DNA of 64,000 nt from a virus. The notes under the pieces are model-generated. The model ran no database searches. It saw nothing but the letters and a program-made list of their open reading frames with translations, and was not told the DNA's origin. The translations under genes and the position numbers were made by a program. The stretch spans positions 7,546 to 71,545 of the IMG/VR virus record IMGVR_UViG_3300037852_000102; one strand, given 5' to 3'. Positions 56,792 to 64,000 of the stretch are shown piece by piece (position 1 is the first letter of the stretch; every line of letters begins with the position of its first letter).

Positions 56792-57411
56792 ATTCGCCTC
56801 GGTGCTATTCTGACGACTTGGCCAGTTCCAGATTTAATTTCGGTTTCCGGGATTGGTTCCAAATCCATCGCGCGCTCAATCGACGGTGCCACCAGAACTG
56901 CGGAAAGGTGAGAGATGGTATCTTTTGCGGGCTGCAAAATCTGCAACACCGCAAACCGTAATTCGGCCGGCGACGGCGCAAAACGATAATTATGATCGTC
57001 CCCCAACTCACCCCGATGCCATCGCCGGATAGCCCCTGCAACCGCCCACGGTGGCACGTCATCAAGCGCAGCAAGATATGCCATAGCCCGAGCCCTGCCC
57101 GATTCCTCGCTCCCAGCGGCCATTGGATAGGCCATGAGCATGTTCGCCACCAATCCAAGCCGCGCCTTGCGGTTTTCCGCGCTGTCATCCGATTCCGATA
57201 GCCCGCGCAATTCAGTCACCTTTGCCGCCATCCGTTCACGCTCGTCAGTGCTCAATATTAACCCGCCCGAGAGGTATTTCCGAATCGGTAGGCCGGGGTG
57301 TTGGATCGTGCCCAGCGATATCCTCCGCCACGCTAGACATTCCGGCGAAGAAGTCAGCGCTTGCAGATCGACGTTGCGGGTGGTGATTTCTCGCGCCATT
57401 TGTCGCTCCAT
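56788..57411 (-). CDS. Replication accessory protein (helicase loader/inhibitor-like)
   Basis: AYLAALDDVPPWAV..AIRRW...FAPSPAELR; follows the initiator. Confidence 0.7.
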   Translation of the reverse strand: MERQMAREITTRNVDLQALTSSPECLAWRRISLGTIQHPGLPIRKYLSGGLILSTDERERMAAKVTELRGLSESDDSAENRKARLGLVANMLMAYPMAAGSEESGRARAMAYLAALDDVPPWAVAGAIRRWHRGELGDDHNYRFAPSPAELRFAVLQILQPAKDTISHLSAVLVAPSIERAMDLEPIPETEIKSGTGQVVRIAPRRM

Positions 57412-57898
57412 AGTCGATTGCTCGGTCTATCCAGTTTCGCCAAGCAGCATTCCAGCTTTTCGATACGCGGCCTTTGTCAGCCGCGTAATTTTTGAATTTT
57501 GTAAGTTCGAGTTCGCAACGCTGTAATCCGACCAACGAGATTGAGTTTTGCCAAGCCGTCTCGTCAGGCTTCCAGCCATCAGGCAACTGTGACGCTCGCC
57601 TCTCTCTCTTTTTACTATTTTCTATATTTGAATCTTCCTTAAGAGAGAGAGGTGGAACGTCACCCGTGACGGTTTGTGACGGTTTGTGACGGTTTGTGAC
57701 GGTTTTAGGTGCGCTAACCTGACCGTCACTTGTGACGTTCTGTGACGCCTGTTTCTCGCGCCATTTGCGGGTTCTGAGTGCTGCCTTGGATGGGCCGGCA
57801 GCCATCTCAGCGCCAGCCCGAGCTACCAATCCAGCGGCGTCAACAATATCCATGCCAGATTTGACGAGTGCCGCTATGAGGTCATTGGTCGCGCTCAT
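57245..57898 (-). CDS. Replication initiator (DnaT-like C-terminal domain)
   Basis: RTRKWRE, internal iterons, LPDGWKP, WNAAWRNWI. Confidence 0.8.
   Translation of the reverse strand: MSATNDLIAALVKSGMDIVDAAGLVARAGAEMAAGPSKAALRTRKWREKQASQNVTSDGQVSAPKTVTNRHKPSQTVTGDVPPLSLKEDSNIENSKKRERRASQLPDGWKPDETAWQNSISLVGLQRCELELTKFKNYAADKGRVSKSWNAAWRNWIDRAIDYGATNGARNHHPQRRSASADFFAGMSSVAEDIAGHDPTPRPTDSEIPLGRVNIEH
57600..57747. repeat. Replication origin: 4x10-bp GTGACGGTTT iterons, extra GTGAC boxes, AT-rich tract
   Basis: Tandem copies at 57666-57705; further boxes at 57658, 57724, 57731, 57741; AT-rich 57601-57650. Confidence 0.8.
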
Positions 57899-57956
57899 AC
57901 CAAAAACAATTCCTGTTCGGAACCGATGGCGGCCTGCGGGATTTTATGGGATGGGG

Positions 57957-57985
57957 TTGACGAAAGGCGCTATTCGCCTTAAATC
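57957..57985 (+). promoter_or_regulatory. Antisense sigma70 promoter
   Basis: TTGACG-17-TAAATC. Confidence 0.65.
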
Positions 57986-57991
57986 AGTCTC

Positions 57992-58065
57992 ACCCGATGC
58001 CCGTCGAAAAGCCATCGGCATTGCTACAACGGCCCGCCACCAGCCCGGCGGGTCGTTTGCATTTT
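57992..58065 (+). ncRNA. Counter-transcribed small RNA over the initiator leader
   Basis: Promoter, CCGATG/CATCGG hairpin, AACGGCCCGCC/GGCGGGTCGTT terminator plus T-run. Confidence 0.6.
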
Positions 58066-58105
58066 ATAGCCCCGCATCACGAAACTGTCAAAGATTCCAG
58101 CGCCG

Positions 58106-58438
58106 CTAGACCTCGGGGCTACCGGCTGGACTTGACGCAATCCGTGGTGATTCGCGGCTACTCGACCTCGCGCGCGCTAATTCGAGGCAGAACCATCGGC
58201 TGCAATCTTGATCGAAGTTTCGCCACCATTGCGGATGCCGAGCCATGAACTCCGCCCACGTCGCCGCGTCCATCGACCCCCGAATCCGGTTGCACTGGAT
58301 GCACGCCAGCACCGTCTGACGACCGCCCTGCGATTTCGGCACCGGCCAGTGATCCCGCGTCGGATGCGTCCGCCCCGTCCCGTGGCGCGTCGGGCGCTCG
58401 CACCACCGGCACGGGCCGCGGTTCTGTGGTTTCGGCAT
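58106..58438 (-). CDS. HNH endonuclease largely nested in the methyltransferase 3' frame
   Basis: CRWC..TRDHWPVPKSQGG..VLACIQCNRIRG; own SD. Confidence 0.75.
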   Translation of the reverse strand: MPKPQNRGPCRWCERPTRHGTGRTHPTRDHWPVPKSQGGRQTVLACIQCNRIRGSMDAATWAEFMARHPQWWRNFDQDCSRWFCLELARARSSSRESPRIASSPAGSPEV

Positions 58439-59093
58439 GGACCTTTCCCCCTGCGGCAAACAACGGCCCCGGATCGGCAATCTTGCCAGCCACCACGATC
58501 TCGGCGCGGCGGCGCTCGTCCGGCCCCATGAAAGTATAGTGCGGAATGTGATTCGCGACGCTGACCCGTGGCACAAATTGCGGCCCTGTTTCGTGCCCGG
58601 GCAGGAACTCGTACCAGCAGCAATTATCCTTGCCGACGTGCTTTGTCCCCGGCATCCACTTGACCCGGCCAATCGGCACGATGCGCGAGCACCGCAGGAT
58701 CAGGTCGGACGATTGCCGAGTGTGCGGCCAGTCGGCATCAAAAAGCAGCCAGCACGGCCACACCGCCGATAGCCGGTCGATCAACGGGTGCAGGATGCTC
58801 CGCGTCCACGGCGGATTCGTCACCACCACCTGCGCGCGGACGTTCCGCCGACCGAGTCGCGGCAGCGTCATGGCGTTGAGCGTGCCGATGTCCTCGCGCT
58901 GTGGGTTGATGTCGGTCGCCCAAACGCAGTGATGGCCCTCAGCCGTCAGGTGGTCGATCAAAAACCCGTGACCGGCGCACGGCTCGGCGAACTCAGTCCC
59001 GGGCGCAAGGTACGGCAGCAGCGGCGCAACAGCCGGTTTCGGCGTGTCGTAAAGGTCGCGCGACACCCGCTCAAAATTCGATCTCTTGCCCAT
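58158..59093 (-). CDS. DNA adenine methyltransferase with low-complexity C-terminal extension
   Basis: DLYDTP, EPCAGHG, VTNPPW, GRVKW. Confidence 0.85.
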   Translation of the reverse strand: MGKRSNFERVSRDLYDTPKPAVAPLLPYLAPGTEFAEPCAGHGFLIDHLTAEGHHCVWATDINPQREDIGTLNAMTLPRLGRRNVRAQVVVTNPPWTRSILHPLIDRLSAVWPCWLLFDADWPHTRQSSDLILRCSRIVPIGRVKWMPGTKHVGKDNCCWYEFLPGHETGPQFVPRVSVANHIPHYTFMGPDERRRAEIVVAGKIADPGPLFAAGGKVHAETTEPRPVPVVRAPDAPRDGADASDAGSLAGAEIAGRSSDGAGVHPVQPDSGVDGRGDVGGVHGSASAMVAKLRSRLQPMVLPRISAREVE

Positions 59094-59169
59094 CGCGGAA
59101 TCATGCCTGATACGATTCGCGCCCGCAAGAAATTTTTGGGATTATCCGCATCGCCGTATTGCTTGGAAG

Positions 59170-59724
59170 TCAGGTTTTGTCGGGCCATTTTAATTCCACG
59201 AGGTCACAGCGCGCGGCTCCATAGAGCGCAAGTAAAGAAGATTCTGCGATATTATGCGACTTCTTGAACTTGAACCATGTTGCAGCGCGCTCGGGGAATA
59301 GCTGTCGCGCCAGATCGACGCTGTTCCCCTTGTTCGGCCCGGCCAAGCCGAGGGCCTTTTTCCAAACCCCGGGCTGGACCGATGCCCAGTCGATGCCGCA
59401 TAGCTCTACGCAAGCCTCTGTCGCGCCAGCCGCCCTGAGATAGCGGGCCATCGTACCCCCTCCCATTGGCCTCCTAAAGCCCGTGGCGTCGGGTATGGCG
59501 GGCATCGCGTTCGCATTCTCAATATAGGCAAAACTTACGTCATGCTGCATGAGCCAATGCCGGAACGCCGTCACGTCGATCCGCTTGGCGGTTCCCTCGC
59601 CCCGGGTCGGTAGGTCCGTCACTGCCAGCAGCGCGGGCAGGCGTGCGCTCCCGTCATATCCGTACACGGCAGCCGCGCCGGACGAGAGGCCCGCGTCGAT
59701 ACCTAAAATGCGGCGATGTTTCAT
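59170..59724 (-). CDS. RuvC-like Holliday junction resolvase
   Basis: ILGIDAG, AYIE, PGVWKKALGL, IAESSLLA. Confidence 0.85.
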   Translation of the reverse strand: MKHRRILGIDAGLSSGAAAVYGYDGSARLPALLAVTDLPTRGEGTAKRIDVTAFRHWLMQHDVSFAYIENANAMPAIPDATGFRRPMGGGTMARYLRAAGATEACVELCGIDWASVQPGVWKKALGLAGPNKGNSVDLARQLFPERAATWFKFKKSHNIAESSLLALYGAARCDLVELKWPDKT

Positions 59725-59731
59725 GTGATTC

Positions 59732-59769
59732 TGAAAAGAAAATGCACGGAACGAGGCTCCCCGCCGTGC
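59732..59769 (-). terminator. Terminator/attenuator before the resolvase
   Basis: GCACGG...CCGTGC-ATTTTCTTTTC. Confidence 0.6.
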
Positions 59770-59774
59770 CGGGT

Positions 59775-59935
59775 ATATGACCGCCCTCGCTGCTAGGCAC
59801 CCACCTGTCCAGTCCTCGGCAGGGCCTCGGCCTTCTAAGGTTGCTCTTACCCGACGAGCGCTTCCACGCGGCGCGTCGGCTGTTTGCACCATCGCCAGTC
59901 GTGGTGAAGGCGATGGCCCTAGTGCTGTGGCCGTT
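59775..59935 (-). ncRNA. Candidate multibranch intergenic RNA
   Basis: CTAGG/CCTAG stem enclosing CCATCGCC/GGCGATGG, CCGACG/CGTCGG and other hairpins. Confidence 0.45.
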
Positions 59936-59941
59936 ATTCGA

Positions 59942-60469
59942 TTACGCGACTTCGGTCTGCGGCGACGGCACGCGCTCGTCGGCGTCGCCTTTGGGAACGA
60001 CCCGCAGCGAGCCCTTGGGCGCGTCCGCGGCAGTGGCGGGCGATTCGGTTCCCTCGCCAGCACCGTCGCCGTCGTTCTCGCCGTTGATCGGGAGCCCGCG
60101 CGCCTCGTCGGCAATGCGGTCCAAGCCGAGGTCCGCGATGTACGATAGGCAATGCGGCAGCGAAATTGCAAATTCGGTCGGCTTTTTCTTGGCGTGTCGA
60201 TACATAGACCGAACCCACGACAGCGCCTTGGCATCGAAATGCTGCGATTCCACCGCCTTGGCGATCTTCTCGCGCGCCGTGCCGCCGATGGACTTCTGAT
60301 CTTCGGACAGCGTTTCCAGCGTCCTGACGAGCCTGCGAACCTGTTCCGGTTCCGGCTTCTTACCGTCGAAGTCTTGCGAGGGCTGCGCTTGCGCCGCCTC
60401 GGGCTTCGCCTTGTTCGGGCCGCGCGCCTTGCGGGGTTTCTTGGGTTCCGTTGACTTCGGTCGTGCCAT
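59942..60469 (-). CDS. GapR/DUF2312-like DNA-binding protein
   Basis: QVRRLVRTLETLSEDQK...FDAKAL resembles the GapR helix pattern. Confidence 0.6.
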   Translation of the reverse strand: MARPKSTEPKKPRKARGPNKAKPEAAQAQPSQDFDGKKPEPEQVRRLVRTLETLSEDQKSIGGTAREKIAKAVESQHFDAKALSWVRSMYRHAKKKPTEFAISLPHCLSYIADLGLDRIADEARGLPINGENDGDGAGEGTESPATAADAPKGSLRVVPKGDADERVPSPQTEVA

Positions 60470-60809
60470 CGTGGTCCTCGTTAGGTTGGGGTTTCTGGGA
60501 TAAATCGTTCAATTCCGGGAAGCTATCATACGTCGTTCCCTCCGGCCAATGGCTGAGGTCGTAAAACCACGTCACCATCTTGTCGTAAAGCCGCGCCGTG
60601 AAGGAACCCTTGCGGTCGGCGTCGATCCGCAGCGGCTTGCCCTGCTTGATCCATTTCTTGTGCCGGGCGATCAAATCGACGAAAAACCGTGGATCGCTAT
60701 GGGCATAGCGCCCCGCCGTAATCAGCTTGTTCCCTGTTGCAGCGCACCATGCCTCTACAAGCCGAATCAGGTTTTCCCGCGCGGCGGGCTCAATGGGGGA
60801 AATCTGCAT
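60360..60809 (-). CDS. Cro-like transcriptional regulator
   Basis: LVEAWCAATG..TAGRYAHSDPRFFVDL; first gene of the divergent unit. Confidence 0.6.
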   Translation of the reverse strand: MQISPIEPAARENLIRLVEAWCAATGNKLITAGRYAHSDPRFFVDLIARHKKWIKQGKPLRIDADRKGSFTARLYDKMVTWFYDLSHWPEGTTYDSFPELNDLSQKPQPNEDHDGTTEVNGTQETPQGARPEQGEARGGASAALARLRR

Positions 60810-60862
60810 GGCGGCTCAGTAGCACGGTTTATGCGGTTTGTAAAATTCCGCTTGTGGACGAC

Positions 60863-60911
60863 TTGACAGCGTATGGAATTTCCCGCATAACAACGGGGCA
60901 GCAGCAGGAGA
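60863..60911 (+). promoter_or_regulatory. Early promoter, operator and shared leader
   Basis: TTGACA-17-CATAAC; TATGGAATTTCCCGCA at 60872-87; CAGCAGCAGGAGA at 60899-911. Confidence 0.75.
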
Positions 60912-60916
60912 TACCC

Positions 60917-61303
60917 ATGACCAATTACACAGTGAAACTTTCAAAAGCTGACCTAAACATGATTTTTCGTGGGTTAGCTTCTTGGTGCGGAGAACAGTCC
61001 AACCAAGGCAACCCAGAAGGCGCAAACGAAACCCGCGAACTTTATAATCGGCTTGGTGCGCAGACTATCTTGCGGGCTCCCCTTCATAACGAGCCGGTTT
61101 GGATGAAGGACAGAGATCAGCACTTCATCCAATATGCCAGCGGTCGCGTGATACGTTGGCAACTGTCTCGCGGAACTGGCTATTCCACCCGCGCGACGCC
61201 GGATGACGGTATTTGCCTCTACATGGGTGATAATTTCAGCGACGCCGTTCTTGCGCTTCCGCAGAACGCAATCCATCGGCAAATGAAGCAGGAGTCCGCA
61301 TGA
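60917..61303 (+). CDS. Hypothetical protein
   Basis: Leader plus ATG MTNYTV. Confidence 0.6.
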   Translation: MTNYTVKLSKADLNMIFRGLASWCGEQSNQGNPEGANETRELYNRLGAQTILRAPLHNEPVWMKDRDQHFIQYASGRVIRWQLSRGTGYSTRATPDDGICLYMGDNFSDAVLALPQNAIHRQMKQESA

Positions 61304-62406
61304 CCTCGCCATATAAATTCTGGACCGACTCACTTGCGTGGCTCGCTGGCCCGAGGACCGAGCCGCGACCGGCGATCATTAACGAACAGCCCGAGTGCGG
61401 ATTTTATCGGATGCGGCGGGGCACGTCATGGGTGCCCGTCGCGGTATGGCCGAAGTTGGCCGTAGATGATTGGCGGAAATATCTTGGTTTCAAATTCGGA
61501 TCGGAGGTTGTCGGCGACAATTTCGGTACTGAATGCTGGCCCAGCTACGCCGCCAACCCGATCACCGAGGTTGAATATCGCAGGGTCGCAGAGCGCGGCG
61601 AGTATTGGAGCGACGCCGATCCGACCGTAACGGCGCTCCTGTCGCGCAACTCCGCCGCCGAACAGCAGCAGCGCGAGGCGCGCGGAACTCCGTTGCCCGC
61701 ATTCGAGCAAAAGGGCGACCAGTTCCGCATTGCGGACGGCGCGGTGGTCGATCCCGTGGACGAAATCAAGGAACAGATCGCCGTCGCCCTCAAGGGCGTT
61801 GACGCCTACGCCAAGATCGAGAGCGAGGACGCGAACGCCAAGGCCGCCGGGCTGCGCAACATGCTGTTGAAACTTTCCGGCGATGCCGACAAGGGCGGCA
61901 AGGCGCTCTATGAGCCGCATTTCCGAAAGTACAAGGAACTGTACGACAAATATTATCCGATGGTAAAACTGGCGGCGGATGGTGCCCTGCGCATCCGCAA
62001 GGCAATGGAACACTATCAGGACGACCTCCGCGAAGCCGCCGCGCAAGCGGTTGCCCGCGCTGCCGAGGAAAACCGTAAGCGCCAGCAGGCCATCGCCGAC
62101 GCTGCAACGCAAGCCCAGATCGACGGCCAGCCGTCGCCGGAGCCTGTCGCCTTTGAGTCGGTCAAGCCCGTGTCGAATCTGCCGCCGCCAGCGACTCAGG
62201 TGCGACCGACGTTCGGCAAAGCTGCCGCCGTCCAGACCCGCATGGAGGTCACCGGCATCGACGCCGACAAGGTGCTGGCCGCCCTCAAGGCCCGCGCGGA
62301 GTGGGGACAGGTCGAAGCGTTCCTGACCGAACTATCCCAAAAGCTGGCGAACAAGGGAATCATCCTGCCGGGCGTGACGGCGGTCGAAAAATCGGCGATC
62401 AAATAG
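61300..62406 (+). CDS. Coiled-coil early protein (possibly Gam/gp157-like)
   Basis: GFYRMRRG..WVPVAVW N-domain, long coiled coil, ILPGVTAVEK C-terminus. Confidence 0.7.
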   Translation: MTSPYKFWTDSLAWLAGPRTEPRPAIINEQPECGFYRMRRGTSWVPVAVWPKLAVDDWRKYLGFKFGSEVVGDNFGTECWPSYAANPITEVEYRRVAERGEYWSDADPTVTALLSRNSAAEQQQREARGTPLPAFEQKGDQFRIADGAVVDPVDEIKEQIAVALKGVDAYAKIESEDANAKAAGLRNMLLKLSGDADKGGKALYEPHFRKYKELYDKYYPMVKLAADGALRIRKAMEHYQDDLREAAAQAVARAAEENRKRQQAIADAATQAQIDGQPSPEPVAFESVKPVSNLPPPATQVRPTFGKAAAVQTRMEVTGIDADKVLAALKARAEWGQVEAFLTELSQKLANKGIILPGVTAVEKSAIK

Positions 62407-62415
62407 GAGAGCCAC

Positions 62416-62631
62416 ATGATAGCACCGAAAGTTGCAAATTTCATCGCTGCTGACGACCAGCGCGAAAATCTACAACAAGCCCTCAATTTCATCGCTGAGG
62501 TTGCCACCACATTGGGCGAAACACCCATGGCAGAATTTTTCAACAATCCTACTATTCGAGCCTTTGCTGGGCACTTTATCGGGATTGAGCAAAAGTTAGC
62601 GAACCTAGCCGCCGATCCAATCCCGTTCTGA
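62416..62631 (+). CDS. Hypothetical protein
   Basis: AGGAG SD; ends DPIPF. Confidence 0.55.
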   Translation: MIAPKVANFIAADDQRENLQQALNFIAEVATTLGETPMAEFFNNPTIRAFAGHFIGIEQKLANLAADPIPF

Positions 62632-62644
62632 TCGGAGAACGCCC

Positions 62645-63151
62645 ATGCGCTACATTTTCGCCAACGTGATCGCCGCCGGGCCGATCGACTGGAAAGCCCC
62701 GCTGACCGCCGAGGGACAGCCGGGGATCGCCGAGTGCGAAATGATTTTGGCCGATGAAAATTGCGAGATCATCGAATCGTTCGCCGACGCCAGCGGTTTT
62801 TGCTTGGCCCGCTACAGCGAACACATTGGCAGCGGCGCAATCGTGGTCGGACACTCGGTCGAATTTCACCACGGCGCGTTGCGCGCGGCCATGATCCCCA
62901 TGGGCATCGACCCACACGACGGGCGCGTGATGACGATCTGCACGATGCTGGGATTGACTGGACACGCGATGAAATTCAACGGGCGCAAGGGCTGGCCGAC
63001 GTTCGCCGAGGCTTGCCACTGGGCTGGCGTTGACCGCGCCGCGACCGAATCAGCCGAGGACAACGCCCGATGCCTGCGGCTCGTGTTCGCGCAGATGCAG
63101 CGGCAGGGGATCGTCCCGGAGCCGAAGGTTTGGAAAGAACGCAATGGCTAA
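62645..63151 (+). CDS. Degenerate DEDDh 3'-5' exonuclease-fold protein
   Basis: DWKAP..QP.I, IVVGHSVEF, ICTM, WPTFAEA; catalytic positions substituted. Confidence 0.7.
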   Translation: MRYIFANVIAAGPIDWKAPLTAEGQPGIAECEMILADENCEIIESFADASGFCLARYSEHIGSGAIVVGHSVEFHHGALRAAMIPMGIDPHDGRVMTICTMLGLTGHAMKFNGRKGWPTFAEACHWAGVDRAATESAEDNARCLRLVFAQMQRQGIVPEPKVWKERNG

Positions 63152-63330
63152 CCGTCTCACGCCATCGAAACGGCGCAACGATGCCGCCGAACGAATCATC
63201 ACAACCGAGGGGCTGGCCTTTGCGCTGGCGGCACTCACTGGCAAGAAAAGTGGACGAGACGAGATTGCTTCTCAAGCAAGCCATTATTCGCGAATTGAAC
63301 GCGGAATATAATCGCGGCTTGAAATAGCAC

Positions 63331-63380
63331 TTGACCGCCTGCGGGAAACCCCGCTAGTGTCGCCGGACAGCAGCAGGAGA
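63331..63380 (+). promoter_or_regulatory. Early promoter, operator and shared leader
   Basis: TTGACC-17-CTAGTG; TGCGGGAAACCCCGCT at 63340-55; CAGCAGCAGGAGA at 63368-80. Confidence 0.72.
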
Positions 63381-63385
63381 CGAAC

Positions 63386-63640
63386 ATGGCAAAAATGCAA
63401 TACATCGTTCTTTGTGGGCAGGTGGTCGGAAGTGGCCCCTTTAACGTCGAATATGGATTTGATGGCAAGAGATTTGATGATCGCGATACCGCCATCCGCC
63501 ATGGATTCAAAGCTGGCCGATCTGACGATTTCAACATCGGCGTGTTGCGAGATGACAAACTCGTAAGTCTCGATTGGATGGATCAAACGGTCGATGCCGA
63601 CCCATCCACGCTAGCTGATATCAGCCAGCAAATTTTCTAA
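63386..63640 (+). CDS. Hypothetical protein
   Basis: Leader plus ATG. Confidence 0.6.
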   Translation: MAKMQYIVLCGQVVGSGPFNVEYGFDGKRFDDRDTAIRHGFKAGRSDDFNIGVLRDDKLVSLDWMDQTVDADPSTLADISQQIF

Positions 63641-63666
63641 CCCCACCACCCTCCGGGAACCCCAAC

Positions 63667-64000
63667 ATGACCACTTGGCTCAAAGACGCGAACGGCAACA
63701 AATGCTCCGTCGAATATTTCGGATCAAAGGAAGCGGCGAAAGCCGCTCTCGACGGCCTGAAAAATTGCGATAATTGTACCAACTGTTCGCGCTGTTCGGA
63801 CTGTTCGCGCTGTTCGGGCTGTTCGGGCTGTTCGCGCTGTTCGGACTGTTCGCGCTGTTCGGACTGTTCGCGCTGTTCGCGCTGTTCGCGCTGTTCGCGC
63901 TGTTCGGACTGTTCGCGCTGTTCGGACTGTTCGCGCTGTTCGGGCTGTTCGGGCTGTTCGCGCTGTTCGGACTGTTCGCGCTGTTCGGGCTGTTCGGACT
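63667..64000 (+). CDS. Cys-repeat (CSx)n protein, runs off the window end
   Basis: MTTWLKDANGNKCS...NCDNCTNCSRCSDCSRCSG... Confidence 0.75.
   Translation, partial: MTTWLKDANGNKCSVEYFGSKEAAKAALDGLKNCDNCTNCSRCSDCSRCSGCSGCSRCSDCSRCSDCSRCSRCSRCSRCSDCSRCSDCSRCSGCSGCSRCSDCSRCSGCSD
63784..64000 (+). repeat. 9-bp coding tandem repeat TGTTCG(CGC/GAC/GGC), 24 units visible
   Basis: Read directly from the sequence. Confidence 0.97.

Noticed and set aside
59725-60234. N-terminal 170 aa of the 354-aa resolvase ORF
   Set aside because: Overlaps the GapR-like gene and the structured intergenic region; RuvC motifs start at MKHRRILGID
63784-64000. CRISPR array
   Set aside because: 9-bp tandem coding repeat with no spacers and no cas genes

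Overview
The whole 64 kb window is one tailed-phage (or prophage) genome segment with a contractile tail, most likely infecting an alphaproteobacterium (inferred from an ADLPVKAP-type outer-membrane protein, a GapR-like protein and the promoter style). The minus strand carries a replication/early-middle block (Cro-like protein, GapR-like protein, RuvC-like resolvase, methyltransferase, initiator with iterons), many small accessory genes, terS-terL-portal, the head module (MTase, stand-alone biotinyl-domain protein, scaffold, major capsid), neck, sheath, tube, frameshifting chaperone, tape measure, baseplate, fibres, endolysin and a membrane-protein-rich lysis block. The last late gene is split by an IS1595-family element with an 8-bp TSD. 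Plus-strand early genes lie at 49.6-51.2 kb and from 60.9 kb onward. Most notable: (1) an RNA/operator regulatory layer with a 16-bp operator in early promoters, a shared CAGCAGCAGGAGA leader plus a hairpin carrying its complement, a ctRNA-like antisense RNA over the initiator leader, and several multibranch intergenic RNAs including a CAGG-tetraloop capsid leader; (2) one ~75-aa domain reused in five virion proteins; (3) a biotin-carrier-like protein in the head operon; (4) a signal-peptide-bearing fibre-like protein; (5) a -2/+1 chaperone frameshift at A9; (6) a catalytically dead DEDDh exonuclease homologue. All family calls are by eye from motifs and synteny; no searches or folding programs were run. 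No integrase, tRNA, CRISPR or reverse transcriptase was seen.
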